A stretch of DNA of 64,000 bases from Hypanus sabinus (taxonomy: Eukaryota), in assembly GCF_030144855.1 (NCBI RefSeq), contig NC_082721.1, forward strand, positions 81,964,001-82,028,000. The letters run 5' to 3'. The notes under the pieces were generated by a model. It saw nothing but the letters and a program-made list of their open reading frames with translations. It had not been told where the DNA came from and did not search any database. The position numbers were made by a program, and so were the translations under genes. Shown here in pieces: positions 13,112 through 26,913 of this stretch. Numbering within the stretch: the stretch's first letter is position 1; each line of letters begins with the position of its first letter.

Positions 13112-16100
13112 TCACGTGGCTGTTTGCATCTCGGCTGCGTACGTTTGGTCTCCCCAAAGCTGCACGGTCCCCTCTGTGGCGACAAGCAAGCACGAGTGTG
13201 TTGGGTGATAATTCAGACTCTGTACCACACCCTTCCCAACATTTAGTGTTGCAGCTTGGGAGCCCTGCGAACAGTAGACACATCGAGTCAGATTCAAACA
13301 TCACAAGCGTTTCACTGACACCAAAAACTGTGCTTAAAGTTTGAAGTAAACATAAAAGAACAAACAGTAAGTGTTACCTTCAGTTTCATTTAATTGCAGA
13401 CATCCACAGGAAAAATACAATAGAATTTATGAAAAATTATTCCTAAACAAAGACTTAGAGAATGTGTAAAAGACAAAATGCAAATAAAAATTATACTAAG
13501 AACATGAGTAATAGGAACTCATTGGAAGTGAGAATCAGTTCAGACTAATAATAAATAAAGTTACCCACGCTGGTTCAAGAGCCTGTTGGCTGTAGGGTAA
13601 TAATTATTCCTGAACCTGGTGGTGTAGGATCTAAGCCTCTTTGTCTCCTGCCTGATGAAAAGAGGGGAGGGATTACTACCCATTTAGTCCATAGCAAATT
13701 CCCTCCAATTGCAATAGGATAAATACAAAGTGGTGTGTTTTTCTGTGCTGGTTGGTAGAGAGAGAAATACTGATGGAGTCTCCCTGCTCTGAATAGCAGG
13801 GCCTCTATTTCAGACCCAGCAACTCCCCTTTCCGCCCACTGATGACAATGCAGTACTTTCTCGAACCACCCTGGTGGAAGTGTCCCCTCAATATTGCCAC
13901 TGCCCTTCCAATAGTGCAGCACTCTCTCAAAATCACTGCTGGACTGTCAGTCTTGAGTGACATTCACCTTCAACATGGAACCCAAACCCATGACCTTCTT
14001 ACTCTTGAGAAAAAGTGAGTGTCCCAGAGCCACAGCCAGGTCATCAAAGGGCTGTTCTTCCTGTGTGAGCTGGGACAACGTCAGGCATTGGGCTGATTCT
14101 GTCCTACTCACGTCTACAATATCATCCAACAGTGTTCCAGAGAGAACAGAAGGGTGTGAGTCAGGGGAAGGGTTCACTCACCTCGACTAGGTCCCAGAAA
14201 TACACTTGCCCATCCTCAGAGCCACTGACCACGTGTGTATCGGATTCGTTGAAGCAGCAGTCCAGCTTGTACTGTTCACTCTTGTGGCCTGTGTACCTGT
14301 TGAAACAGAACAGAGAGCAATTTCACAAAACTGACACAAATTGGGTGATTATGGAGCGCCTGCACTCAATCCACAGGAGTAATCCTGAGCTTTCTGCTAC
14401 ACATCACTTTAATTTTCAATCCCACTCCCATCCGTGTTACCTGTCTACAGCCTCCTCTACTGTCAGTATTGAGGCCCACACAAGCAACATCTTGTGTTTA
14501 TGCACTTTATAACCTTTTAGAATAAATACTGAATTTTCCAATATAAACTTATTTCATAACCACCCTTTATTAATGTCCCTTCTTATACCATTTCTCTACA
14601 ATGCTCTTCCAATGGCCAGAACTTAGGCTCCTTAACATCTAATCCATACTTTCCTATTCGCTACACCTGTACATCTGTTTGTTAATATAAATATCTAGTC
14701 AGCCAATCACGTGGCAGCAATTCAATGCCAACATGGTCCAGAGGTTCAGTTGTTATTCAGACCAAATATCAGAATGGGGAAGAAGTGTGATTGAAGTGAT
14801 TTTGACTGAAATACTTGTTGATGGGTGGTTTGAGTATCTCAGAATCAGCATTAATATCACTAGCATATGTCATGAAATTTGTTGTTTTGCAGCAGCAGTA
14901 CATTACAATGCATAATAATTAAAAACTAAATTACAATATATACACAGAAGTAAATAAGTACAGCAAAAAAGAAAGCAGTGAGGTAGTGTATATTGATTCA
15001 TTGTCCATTGGGAAATCTGAGGGCAGAGGGGAAGATGTTTCTAAAACGCTGAGTATGTGTCTTAAGGTTCCTGAACCTCCTCTCTAATGGTAGCAGGGAG
15101 GAGAGGGTATAACTGGGGTGATAGGTGTCCTTGATGATGGATGCCATGATTTTGAGGCAGCGCCTTTTGAAGGTGTCCTTGATGCCGGGGAGTCAGGTGC
15201 CCATGATGTCTGAGTTTACAACTTCCAATGCAAACCAGTTCGAATGGTACATGTGCAGGAATTTGCGAGTGCTTTTGGTGGCATACGAAGTCTCATCAAA
15301 CTCCTAATAAAATATAGCTGCTGTCATACCTCGTTTGTAATTACATCAATATGTTGGGCCATGATACATCTTCAGAGAAGCTGACACCCAGGAACTGAAG
15401 CTGCTCACCCTTTCCTCTACTGATCCCTCAATGAGGACTGGTGTGTGTACCCTCGACTTCCCCTTCATTAAGTCCACAACCAATTCCTTGGTCTTACTGA
15501 CATTGAGAGCAAGTCTGTTGTTGCAACTTGACAAGCTGACAGGAAGGGGACAGTAACTCAAATGAGCATGTGTTTCAATGGTGGAATGCAGAAAAGCATC
15601 TTTGGACGTACAACAAGTTGAACCTTGAAGTAGATGGGCTACAGCAGCAGCAGACCATGAACATAAACCCAGTGGCCACTCTGTAAGCACGAGGTACCTA
15701 ATAAAGTGGCCATGAGTGTATATTAACCAATCTTCATATAGTCCTTTGTCTTACATCTCTATCTTCCTACTCCTCTCCACCAGCCGTCTCTATACAACTG
15801 AAGGTATGGAGCTCTCAAGCACTGGGTGAATGCTGAGTGAATTGAGTTGTGTTAAGTATGTTCTTAGGGGACTGGGGGACACAAGCAATTAGACTGCGAC
15901 ACTAAGGGAGTTGTACTGTGGGTGAAGAGGCTTGGGAGTCATGTGACTGTGCTCTTCCTGCCTCGAGAGCTTCACTTACTGTCCTAGTAACTCCCCAGTC
16001 TCCTTATCCAAGAGGCGAAGTGTGGAATCCAGGCTGGAGCTAAGTGTACATTGCCCATCTCTGCTGAAACATACACTTGTTATTGGACCTGTATGAGAAA

Positions 16101-19100
16101 GAGACAGTAATCAGTAGAACAAGCACAAAAGTAAACAATCAGTCCATCTGTAGCACAGTGAAACAGATGACCTTAAAGGACAAGCAGACTGAAAATCTGA
16201 CCATATTAATCTAACTTCCAATAAAACTCTGCCTTCTCTTTTTTCATGCTCCATTCTGATTCCTCTGTCACCCTTTCCTTTCTCCTAACCTGCCCATTAG
16301 CTCCTGCAGTGCCCCTCATTCTTCCCTTTCTCTCATGATCCACTCTCCTCTCCAATAAAATTCATCCTTCTTCAAGCTTCACCTTTTCCAAGTATCATCT
16401 CCCAACTTACTTCTTCATCCCTCTTCCCCCACCTACCTACCTTCTCCCTCATCTCAACTCACCTATGGCCTGCCAGCTTGTACTCTTTTCCCCTCCCCGC
16501 CATCTTTTTATTCTGGCTTCTGCCTCCTTTCTCTCCAATCCTGACGAAGGGTCTCCGCCCAAAACAGTGACAGTTTATTCCCCTCCAAAGATGCTGCCTG
16601 ACCTGCTGAGATTTGTGTCTATTGTACTAAAGAGAGTCAGACAGACATACTTTTATTCCATCATATCCAGCATTAGAATGGCTCTGTTGTCCAGTACTCA
16701 CTTCCAATGAAATCCGCAAAGAGCTGTCCCATCCGTAGGTCATACCGCCGCACCCGTCCATCAACAGACCTAAAAGAGCACAGTGTTAGTTAGGGTGGCC
16801 AACAAACCTCCTATATACAAGACTCATTCCCAAAACCTCACTCACTCGTCCCACTCCACAGAGTGCTGGCGTTCCCACACCACACACACCGGTTCGGACA
16901 GTGACGTTTCCACTCCACACACACCCGTTCCAACGGTGACGTTCCCACTCCACACACACCCGTTCTAATGGTGACGTTCCCACTCCACACACACCGGTTC
17001 TCAGGGTGACGTTCCCACTCCACACACACCGGTTCTCAGGGTGACGTTCCCACTCCACACACACCGGTTCTCAGGGTGACGTTCCCACTCCACACACACC
17101 GGTTCTCAGGGTGACGTTCCCACTCCACACACACCGGTTCTAACAGTGACGTTCCCACTCCACACACACCCGTTCTAACGGTGACGTTCCCACTCCACAC
17201 ACACCCATTCTAACGGTGACGTTCCCACTCCACACACACCCATTATAACGGTGACGTTCCCACTCCACACACACTGGTTCTCATGGTGACGTTCCCACTC
17301 CACACTCACCGGTTCTCATGGTGACGTTCCCACTCCACACACACCGGTTCTCATGGTGACGTTCCCACTCCACACACACCCGTTCTGACGGTGACATTCC
17401 CACTCCACACACACCGGTTCTGACGGTGACGTTCCCACTCCACACACACCCGTTCTGACGGTGACGTTCCCACTCCACACACACCGGTTCTCATGGTGAC
17501 GTTCCCACTCCACACTCACCGGTTCTCATGGTGACGTTCCCACTCCACACACACCGGTTCTCATGGTGACGTTCCCACTCCACACACACCCGTTCTAACG
17601 GTGACGTTCCCACTCCACACACACCCGTTATAACGGTGACGTTCCCACTCCACACACACCGGTTCTAACGGTGACGTTCCCACTCCACACACACCCGTTC
17701 TAACGGTGACATTTCCACTCCACACACACCCGTTCTAACGGTGACGTTCCCACTCCACACACACCCATTATGACGGTGACATTCCCACTCCACACACACC
17801 CGTTCTGATGGTGACGTTCCCACTCCACACACACCGGTTCTCATGGTGACGTTCCCACTCCACACTCACCGGTTCTGATGGTGACGTTCCCACTCCACAC
17901 ACACCGGTTCTAACGGTGACATTCCCACTCCACACTCACCGGTTCTCATGGTGACGTTCCCACTCCACACACACCCGTTCTAACGGTGACATTCCCACTC
18001 CACACTCACCGGTTCTCATGGTGACGTTCCCACTCCACACACACCCGTTCTAACGGTGACGTTCCCACTCCACTCACACCGGGTCTGACGGTGACATTCC
18101 CACTCCACACACACCGGTTCTCATGGTGACGTTCCCACTCCACACACACCGGTTCTGACAGTGACGTTCCCACTCCACACACACCCGTTCTAACGGTGAC
18201 ATTCCCACTCCATACACACCGGTTCTCATGGTGACGTTCCCACTCCACACACACCCGTTCTAAAGGTGACATTCCCACTCCACACACACCGGTTATGACG
18301 GTGACATTCCCACTCCACACACACCGGTTCTGACAGTGACGTTCCCACTCCACACACACCCGTTCTAAAGGTGACATTCCCACTCCACACACACCGGTTC
18401 TGACAGTGACGTTCCCACTCCACACACACCGGTTCTAACGGTGACATTCCCACTCCATACACACCGGTTCTCATGGTGACGTTCCCACTCCACACACACC
18501 CGTTCTAAAGGTGACGTTCCCACTCCACACACACCGGTTATGATGGTGACATTCCCACTCCACACACACCCGTTCTAAAGGTGACGTTCCCACTCCACAC
18601 ACACCCATTATGATGGTGACGTTCCCACTCCACACACACCGGTTCTCAGGGTGACGTTCCCACTCCACACACACCAGTTCTGACAGTGACGTTCCCACTC
18701 CACACACACCGGTTCTAACGGTGACATTCCCACTCCACACACACCGGTTCTGACAGTGACATTTCCACTCCACACACACCGGTTCTGACAGTGACGTTCC
18801 CACTCCACACACACCGGTTCTAACGGTGACATTCCCACTCCACACACACCGGTTCTAACGGTGACATTCCCACTCCACACACACCGGTTATGATGGTGAC
18901 GTTCCCACTCCACACACACCGGTTATAACGGTGACATTCCGATTCCACGCGCCACTGAATAGCACTGATGTTCCCACTCTGCGCACTGCCACACAGCGGT
19001 GACGTTCCCACCACAACTCTTACCCTGATAGAATTTCATGGTCAGAAACCTTCACGCTGGAGATCCCATCCTTTGCCTCATCGAGAATCTGAATGGGTTC

Positions 19101-22100
19101 TGGTTTCCGGGAGCGACAATCCCAACATCTAATCAAGGAGTCAATGGAACCTGCAATCAGATGATCAGCTGGATTTGTCCTCAGTCACAGGACAGAAAGT
19201 TGGAGGAAACTCCCATGAACTCAACAGACAACGGCATCAGGGACTCCAGCTCTGCATTTTTCTAAGCCTTCCCCATGAGTGGGTACAGCCACAAGGCAGT
19301 GGAGGTTTGAGATCAGTTTCCTTCTCCTAGATGAGCTGCCAACCACGGCTGACGTGCCCCATTTGCTCGAAGCAACTAGTTTTAAGACACCAGTAACCCA
19401 CCTTTGTCGCTTGTCCTGTCAGTAGGGTTTAGTAGCTAAGCCACGTGTGAAGGCCAGGAGCTGGACTTGGTTGTCAGAAGCTATTTGAAGCACACATAAT
19501 TGGGAGCATTTTATAGGTAGTGGATGCTTGTCCCCATTACCACCCCGGCTATGACAACCTTCAGGAACCAGGGGGACTGAATGACAGAAATATAGATTTG
19601 TCTCCCCCTCACAAGTGGCTTCAGTGCTGAGCTTGCGCAGTGTACCTGACCAGTGACGTACAGGCCATTGATCTTGTACTGGAAGGTGAGCTTTTACTGG
19701 GTTTTGTTGTTTTTGGTCTATGATTGTGCAGCAAGACACTGAAAAGCTGGGCTGGCACACTGTTCACGCAGGTCAGGTCACTAGACAGTGTATGGAACTA
19801 GAGTAAGGTAAAACAGTAACAATGCAGAATACAGAGCAGGTAAACAGTAAAGTGCAGATCATAATGAGGTTGATTGTGAGGTCAAGTGTCCATGTTATTG
19901 TTCATGTGGTGTGTTCTAGGGTTCGGATAGAAGCTTGGAAGTATGTGCTTTTAAGCTCTTGTACCTTCTGTCCAATGGGAGCGGGGAGGAGAGAATCGTA
20001 GATTGCATAAGGCTTTTGATTATTGTGGCTGCTTTACTGAGGCAGTGAGAAGTGTAGACAGAGTCCTGGAGGGGAGGCTGATTCCTGTGATTTGCTGAGC
20101 TGTGCCACAACTCTCTGCACTCGTTCTTTCACAACTACTGCGCGTGTGATTGGCTGAATGGCCTTCTGTCATAAATGTTTCAATTCTTCATGAAAAAACA
20201 CTCCCAAACACAAGGTCCCTACCAGAACCACTGTGGGGAGGGGAAATAGCTGCCTTACTGCTCATCAGACTCTCCACTAATAAATTATTTACCCTCTATC
20301 ATCTTGCCAGTGAACAGCTCCCCACTGACTCTCTCCATCCACTCCCTAAATGCAGCCCGAGTGAGAGTGAAGCTCCACCGATAAGTTAAATCTAGAGAGA
20401 GGGATTGGTAGATTCAGGGTGGAGAGTGAGCTGAGCCAATGTGCGACAATTTGCTGGGGCTCAGAGTTTGTCATCTGTTTGTCCCCACAGTGAGTTGATA
20501 GTGCCCAGGCTGATCTGAACCGAGGACTGCCAAGCCTTCTGGAAGTGGACCACCAGCGTACTGCCATGGCTTTCAATATCACACACTGCCCAATCCGAGC
20601 AGCTTCCTCACCTGAAATAATGACCGTCGACTCCTCATTGAACTGAACGCAGTTCACTTTCTGTAAGAGAGAAGTGAGAGGCTTTTCAGTCAGAGTAGAG
20701 GAAGGACTCTGGGGAGGGTGAAGAGCAAAGTGATGGGAGATATATAGTACGGAACAGACCCTACAACCCAGCTCGTCCACGTCAACCACGTTGTCTACTT
20801 CAGCTAGTCCATGCATTTCCTGTCCATGTACCTGTTTAAGTGTCTTTTGAACACTATAATCATACCTGCCACCACCATTTTCTCTGGCAGCTCCTTCCAT
20901 ATACCCACTGCCATCAGTGTGAAAAGCCTGACCTCCGGATCCCTCGTAAATCTTCACCCTCTCACTTAAACCCAAGCCCTCTAGTTTTAGATGCCCCTAC
21001 CCTGGGAAAAAGAAAGGCATTATCTCTGCCGCTCGTGACTCTATAACCCTCTTACAAGGTCACTCCTCGGCCTCCTGCACTCTATTTAAAAGTGCCAGCC
21101 TGTCTAGTCTCTCCTTATAGCTCAAGCTCTCCATTCTCAGAGCTATTCTTATCAATTTTTCTTCTGCATCCTTTTCCTGCTTCCTATGCCCCGGCAACCA
21201 GAACTGCACACCGTACGGTCACCCCAGCGTCTGTGCTGCTGTAACGAGTCGACCCAACAATTGTACTCAACGCCCTGATGGATAAAGGCAAGTGTGGCAA
21301 ACGCCTCCCTCACCTCTTTGTCCTACGGTGTCCAATTTTCAGTGAACTGTACCGAAGCAATGGAGCAATGGGTGCAGCTGCTACCAAACAGTTCCAAATA
21401 CCCAGCTCGGTCTGTATGAGCTTGTATGTTCTTCCTCTGATCATATGGGCTCCCCCCTCCAACCCCAGGAGCTCCAGTTTCCTCCCGCTTCTCAAAGACA
21501 CGCAGTTTGGTAGATAACTGGCTGCATTAAATTGCGGCTGGTGTGTAGGCCAGTGGTGGAATCTGGGAGGAAGGTTCTTGAACCTGGTGGTGTGGTGAGG
21601 CTCCTGTACCTTCTTCCTGATGCAGCAGTGAGAAGCCAGTGTGGACTGGTGGTGTTGGGGTTGATGGGAATATGGGGAGAAGAAAATTAATTAGCAGGGG
21701 AAATGAACTAGTGTGGAAATGGGTGTTTGATGGACACCACGTACTGCTTTGTGCTGTATTTCTCTATGAATCAATCACATTGCTGAACACTGGAGGTCGA
21801 CCCACCAGCTAAAACAACAAAGCAGCACCTGGGTTGGAGAAGGGAGACTATCGAGGAGCATTGATTCTTTAATAAGGTCATACTGAACCGTATTTTCACC
21901 ACCCCTCTCCTCCACACCATCCCGTACAGCCCCAACACCAGAGTATGTTGCCCTTACATCTCATCCACCATTTCCCTCAGCAACATCCCACAAAGGCAGA
22001 CGCTACCGTAGCTTGTTGGTGACACTGTATCTGTGTACCAGAGCCGCTCTTACCCCGCCGTGGCCCCGATACTTCCGGACCAGCTGCCCCGTCGCCACGT

Positions 22101-25100
22101 CCCACAGTATGATGGTTTTGTCACCACTGCACGAACAGATCTGGCTGTTATCGCAGGACCTGCGAAGGTGAAAGGTCAGACAGCTGAGGGCAAATCAGTG
22201 TCAGAATGGCGCATAAAACACTTGGACAAAGCACTGGGCCTGGTGATCAGGGAGGAGAGCACTGGAACAGTGATAAAACTACAGAGGGGACAAAGAAAAC
22301 AGGTAAGATTAACCAGCACTCCCGCTCTTATTCTCGATTCTCAAGCCACTCAATCGTCTCTTGCCAACAGTGAGAATGGTCTAGGGCAGGGGTCGGCAAC
22401 GTTTACCACTGAAAGAGCCAATATGGACCCATTTCCCACAGAAAAGAAAACACTGGGAGCCACAAAATGAAATAACACTGCATACAACGGGTTTTTTTTG
22501 CCTTTATGCTATGTATAAACAAACTATAATGTGTTGCATTTATGAAATTGATGAACTCCTGCAGAGAAAACGAAATTACATTTCTGCATGCAACAAAAAC
22601 ATTTTGAACTCCGAAAAAAAGACGTTGGGTTGAAGGTTACTCCATAGTTAGCCTACCTTGGATCGAAGAATTAAAAGAAATCGCGCACTGGCGGGTGTCA
22701 GGCATTGGCAGTGGTGATGTATATTAATAGCGATAAAAAAACACGTTGTAGCGATGTGCTACACGCAGCGCTAAAATAAAGACTGCAGTCAAAGGTAACT
22801 TTATTCGAACTAAACAGCCTTGCTTTAAAGCCTCCCTCAACCCGTCCCCGTGGGCGCGGATGCTCCAAAAGACACGTACTCACAAACCCCCGTAGGCTAT
22901 CTCCCTTAGCCGGAACGGTGGCTAATTGTGAGCCGGTTCGGATGTGCCAGGAAATGGTGTCTCCACAAAGTTTTCAGATTGTACAAGATCACCATAATCT
23001 TCAAATTTCGAATTACATTTCAAAAGCTAACAAACCACGGGGAGCCGCATCACAGAGATGAAAGAGCCGCATGTGGCTCCAGAGCCGCAGGTTGCCGACC
23101 TCTGGTCTAGGGGAACGAAGAAGAATGCAGCAAACAGATTGGCCAGCGGGACGCAGCACAAGGAGACAACAGCATTGCAAGGATGGAAAGTGGCATCTGT
23201 GCACACAGCTTCTCCTGTAGCACCTTACCCAGCTGCGTCCAGAACCTCATATCCGTGGCCAGTGTAGGTCTTCAGGAGCGTTCCTCGATGTGGATTCCAC
23301 AGCTTCAGGGTCTTGTCGCTGCCACAGGTCAGGCAATAATTACCGTCCACTGGAAGGGAGAAAAAAAGTATGACAGGCAAAGGATTACCAAACATGCAAC
23401 ATGGACAATTGTCCTTGACGACAAACACTAGCACTTGTCCAGCACTGATGTGATTCAAAACCCAGTGACTAGGTTGCCTGTAATACACCAGTTCCCTTTC
23501 TGTCTCTGTGCTGCAACTTGGTTCGTCCCTTCGGTAACAGATGTTCAGTAAACAAAGCCCAAGCTAACTCCACTTGGAGTTTGGTCAGGAACTTGATGTG
23601 GTGGAGTGTTTGAGATTTAAAAGTGAAGATGCCACAAAAGTGATTTGTGTTTGAGTTAGCCGGGAAGTGAGTAACAGCAGATGATGGACTATCATAGAAT
23701 CACAGAAATCTACTCTACAGTAACCTACTCTAGAAACTGCCTAGAATTACCCTAACGTATAGCCCTCTATTTTCCTAAGCTCCATGTACCTATCAAAGAG
23801 TCTCTTAAAAGACCCCATTGTATCTGCTTCTATCACTGTCACTGGCAATGCATTCCATGCACCCACCACTCTGTAAAAAAACTTGCCTCTGACATCCCCC
23901 TTGTACCTACTTCCACAACTAATGTGGCTTGAATTCGATCTCTGAAAATCCATCATAATGGATCTGTCCTGTCCATCCCTCTTTACCCAGTCTGCAACTT
24001 ATAACCAACTTCTCACTTGTCCAGCGTTGACTGAAATGAAATGTTAATTTTTGTTCCTCATCCCACTGATGTTCACTGCTAAGTGTTTCCAGCATCTCTT
24101 TAATCTTTCATAATAATCTGCAGAATTCCGCTGCTCCATCACAACACTGGTTCCAAGGTTGTCAAGCCGAGGGGTAGTGGGGACAAGCTCCCACTACTTA
24201 AAAATGCTCTTTATGGCATGCACCTCAAATAGCCTCTGACAACCAAATGCAACTCCTGGCCTTCTTGTGTGGCCTCTAAACCTGGCCGAACTGTTTCTAG
24301 TGACAGGAGAAGGGGCAAAGGTGGGTCCTGGTGCCTTAAGACCATTGCTTCGGGTAGATGGAGCTCATCAGCCTGGGAAGGCAGTCCATCTAAGAGAGGG
24401 AAAACTGATTTCAATCCTCCGCTGCCCTGCGGCCAATCCCACTCATAGGAAAGGCTTCGGGAGTAAACCCTGAGGACAAATCCAGAGCTGGAGTCCCTAA
24501 GGCAGTCCTGCGTTACCTTCAACCTCGCTCTGGCAACTCCTGCGATGTCACTGGTGCCAAGCTGTATCGGCCCTTGCCCTTCCCTTGGACAACATCGATG
24601 GCGGGGACAGGGGAGACTTGCTGCATGGGCAACTGCCGGTATTCCACACAACTTTGCCCAGGCCTGCGCCCTGGAAATCATTCCAGGCACAGATCCATGG
24701 TCCCGGGAGACTAATGGATGCCACCAATCACAACACAATTTATAACATATATTTTGCTATTCAAAAACTAAGCCCAGCAGATTTCTAGCAATTATTATCT
24801 CAGATGCAGCTTGATTTATTCACTTTGTTGAACACCCAATCACCAACACAGGTGTGCATCATAAAACAGATACTAAGTTCAAAATACACTACTCTATACA
24901 ACCTTGAGGTTTGTCTCCTTACACAAAGAACCCATTAAAAAGACAGCCAGGCACCCAATGTGTGGAAAAAAGAACAATTAGTGCCAAAAAACGTAAGTAA
25001 ATAACATTCCGAACAAAAGTTCATGAAAGTGAGTTCAGAGCCACGAAGCCGGTCATCACTGCAGCTGGTCCAGGAGCCCGTTAGTTGCAGGCCACAGCCT

Positions 25101-26840
25101 CAGTTTAGCGCAGAGTTTATCCTGGAAGTAAAGGTATTGTGTCTCCTCGAGCACTGCACTGGCAAAGAAAAAATACTGATGCAAACTTGCATATCCCCAA
25201 TGAATTGACCAATGCTAGCTATAGAATGAAAAACGCAAACCAACGACTAGCGCCTGCAGAGATAAGTTACAATGTGTTTCTTGCTGTTGCTTATCAAATC
25301 AATCAATTGTTCCATTACCAGGAGGAAAAGAATGGGTCTGGTGATCGGCAAGGATCCCACGTTTCTCCAACGCTGAGCTGTTCAAAGCCGAGGCACTCAG
25401 CCACACCATTCAAGCTAATATTGAACTGGTGTTTTCTGTAAGTGCTCCTTACTCTTCTATGCTTCTGTCCATAAAACCCAACCTCCAGAATGCTCTTTTT
25501 AACCACTTTCAATGAACATTTCATATAAATCCTCAAATATCTGCTCATGCCTTTTTAGAATTATGGCAACATGTCACTTTTCTCATTTATCCAACCAAAA
25601 ACGTAGCATTCGGCATTCTGAGCACCGAATTCCATCCTTCATCCATCTACCCGATGCATCAACATCTCGTTGAAATTTAGTGCAATCATCCTCACAATTC
25701 ATCAGACCTCACAGTTTTGTGTCAGCTGCTGATTTGGAAACAGTGCCCTTTACACCAAGTACAAGTTAGTTGTGCATCTGATAAAGAAAAGCTGTTTATA
25801 AACCGTAAGGATTCGCCCAGCCACTGCATCATTTAACATCATGGTCAAGTCATATCACCATTTCCCTGTCACTTCTCCAAATCCCAACAAAACACAGAGC
25901 AGTTTGAGCCCCCAGGGTCAAAAGCTATTGGGGCATCATCATTAAATTCCTTTCGTATGACGTGGGTGATCACTGTCTTGATCATGATTGTTCTTGGCAA
26001 ATTTTTCTACAGAAGTGGTTTGCCATTGCCTTCTTCTGGGCAGTTTCTTTACAAGACAAGTGACCCCCAGCCATGATCAATACTCTTCAGAGATTGTCTA
26101 CCTGACATCAGTGGCCACATAATTGGGACTTGTGATGTGCATTTGGGCAGATAGTTCAAAATTTCCATTAAATGCTGGATTTGCAAGAGATGTCTACAGT
26201 ATGACAATAAATAAGCATGCAACTCTCTCCCACAAGATCCACCCACTTTCTCCTTCTTCACTGGTAGAACCTCAACACATTAAATGCCTTTGCTCCAGCA
26301 GGAACTTCTGCCTTGAATTTCAAGGTTTCAACTGCTCAAATAGCACCATCACATTGGACCTCAGCTTCTTCACGTTCTCATGGCCCGTGACTCATCTGAG
26401 ATTTAGACAATGTGACCAGTTTTAACGCTTCAGCCAACAAGTCAGCCAAGGTACCATGGGAAAAACATTCTCCTGGGAAACTGGAATATTCACTCTTGAG
26501 GAATCGCGTGGAAAGAAAGTAAACAAATCAACTCCGAAGTTTTCTTTTCAGTTCGTGTCTCGATGTGTGAACGGTGATGTTAAGGCGATTTGGGTGTTGT
26601 AGTGACACGGTTTATCACCTGTAGTCCAGGGAGGGTCCTTGAGGTCCTCCGCGCCACCGGGGGCGCGTCAGCTGCATCTTTACTCAGTGTTGTCACCCCC
26701 ACACTAACTGGTTTCAGTCTCAGCGGGCAGCACTCACCGTTGAAACGCACGGCTCTCACGGCGCCCTGTTTACACTCCAACTTTCTGAACTGTTCGTTTG
26801 GAAACTGCGGTAACCGCGGCCGTGGTGCGGGGAATGTCAT
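13112..26840 (-). CDS. WDR83: WD repeat protein 83 (MORG1), 9 coding exons: complement(join(13112..13264,14182..14296,15980..16088,16702..16769,19024..19150,20612..20660,22054..22159,23229..23349,26738..26840)), 316 aa
   Basis: MTFPAPRPRLPQFP..CKQGAVRAVRFN / VDGNYCLTCGSDKTLKLWNPHRGTLLKTYTGHGYEVLDAAG / SCDNSQICSCSGDKTIILWDVATGQLVRKYRGHGG / KVNCVQFNEESTVIIS / GSIDSLIRCWDCRSRKPEPIQILDEAKDG / SVDGRVRRYDLRMGQL / ITSVCFSRDGQCTLSSSLDSTLRLLDKETGELLG / YTGHKSEQYKLDCC..SEDGQVYFWDLVE / VGKGVVQSLNYHPT. All introns GT-AG, phases consistent, 951 nt. Confidence 0.97.
14850..15525 (-). mobile_element. L2/Rex-Babar-like LINE 3' fragment nested in a Tc1-like MITE; related copies at about 1-660(-), 28790-29435(-), 59865-60500(+) and 62885-63600(+)
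   Basis: CNNRLALNVSKTKELVVD..VSSF motif, and IKELIVDFRR..RVSSFKSLGINISEGLPW at 59865; shared 3' sequence among copies. Clade assignment is approximate. Confidence 0.7.
16871..18940. repeat. 35-bp minisatellite, about 59 tandem copies (GTTCCCACTCCACACACACCGGTTCTCATGGTGAC), in WDR83 intron 5
   Basis: 35-nt periodicity is directly visible. Variation is concentrated in the GGTTCTCATG/CGTTCTAACG segment; degenerate copies extend to about 19013. Confidence 0.97.
22387..23104. mobile_element. Non-autonomous hAT (Charlie-like) DNA transposon, 718 bp, in WDR83 intron 2
   Basis: TIRs CAGGGGTCGGCAAC and GTTGCCGACCTCTG (1 mismatch); perfect 8-bp TSD GTCTAGGG at 22379-22386 and 23105-23112. Confidence 0.9.
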
Positions 26841-26913
26841 CCTCAACACTGCCCCGCTACTGGAGGATGATTTCCGCTTCCGGGGGCAAAGTTACGATTC
26901 TGTCGTCAGCATC
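26841..26913. promoter_or_regulatory. 73-bp interval between the divergent WDR83 and WDR83OS start codons; CpG-rich, with ETS/GABP-like and YY1-like motifs
   Basis: CAT at 26838-26840 and ATG at 26914; GCTTCCGGG (CCGGAAG on minus) at 26876-26884; ATCATGGCGG overlapping the WDR83OS ATG. Confidence 0.6.

Noticed and set aside
16871-18940. CRISPR-like appearance and many repetitive ORFs (CVEWERH.., WSGNVT..)
   Set aside because: Units are contiguous 35-mers with only a few recurring substitutions and no unique spacers; the locus is a eukaryotic intron. The ORFs are translation artefacts of the minisatellite.
24155-24730. 175-aa ORF in a segment that also occurs inverted at about 19265-19570
   Set aside because: Interspersed repeat, probably RTE-related, with no protein motif; the family cannot be assigned confidently.
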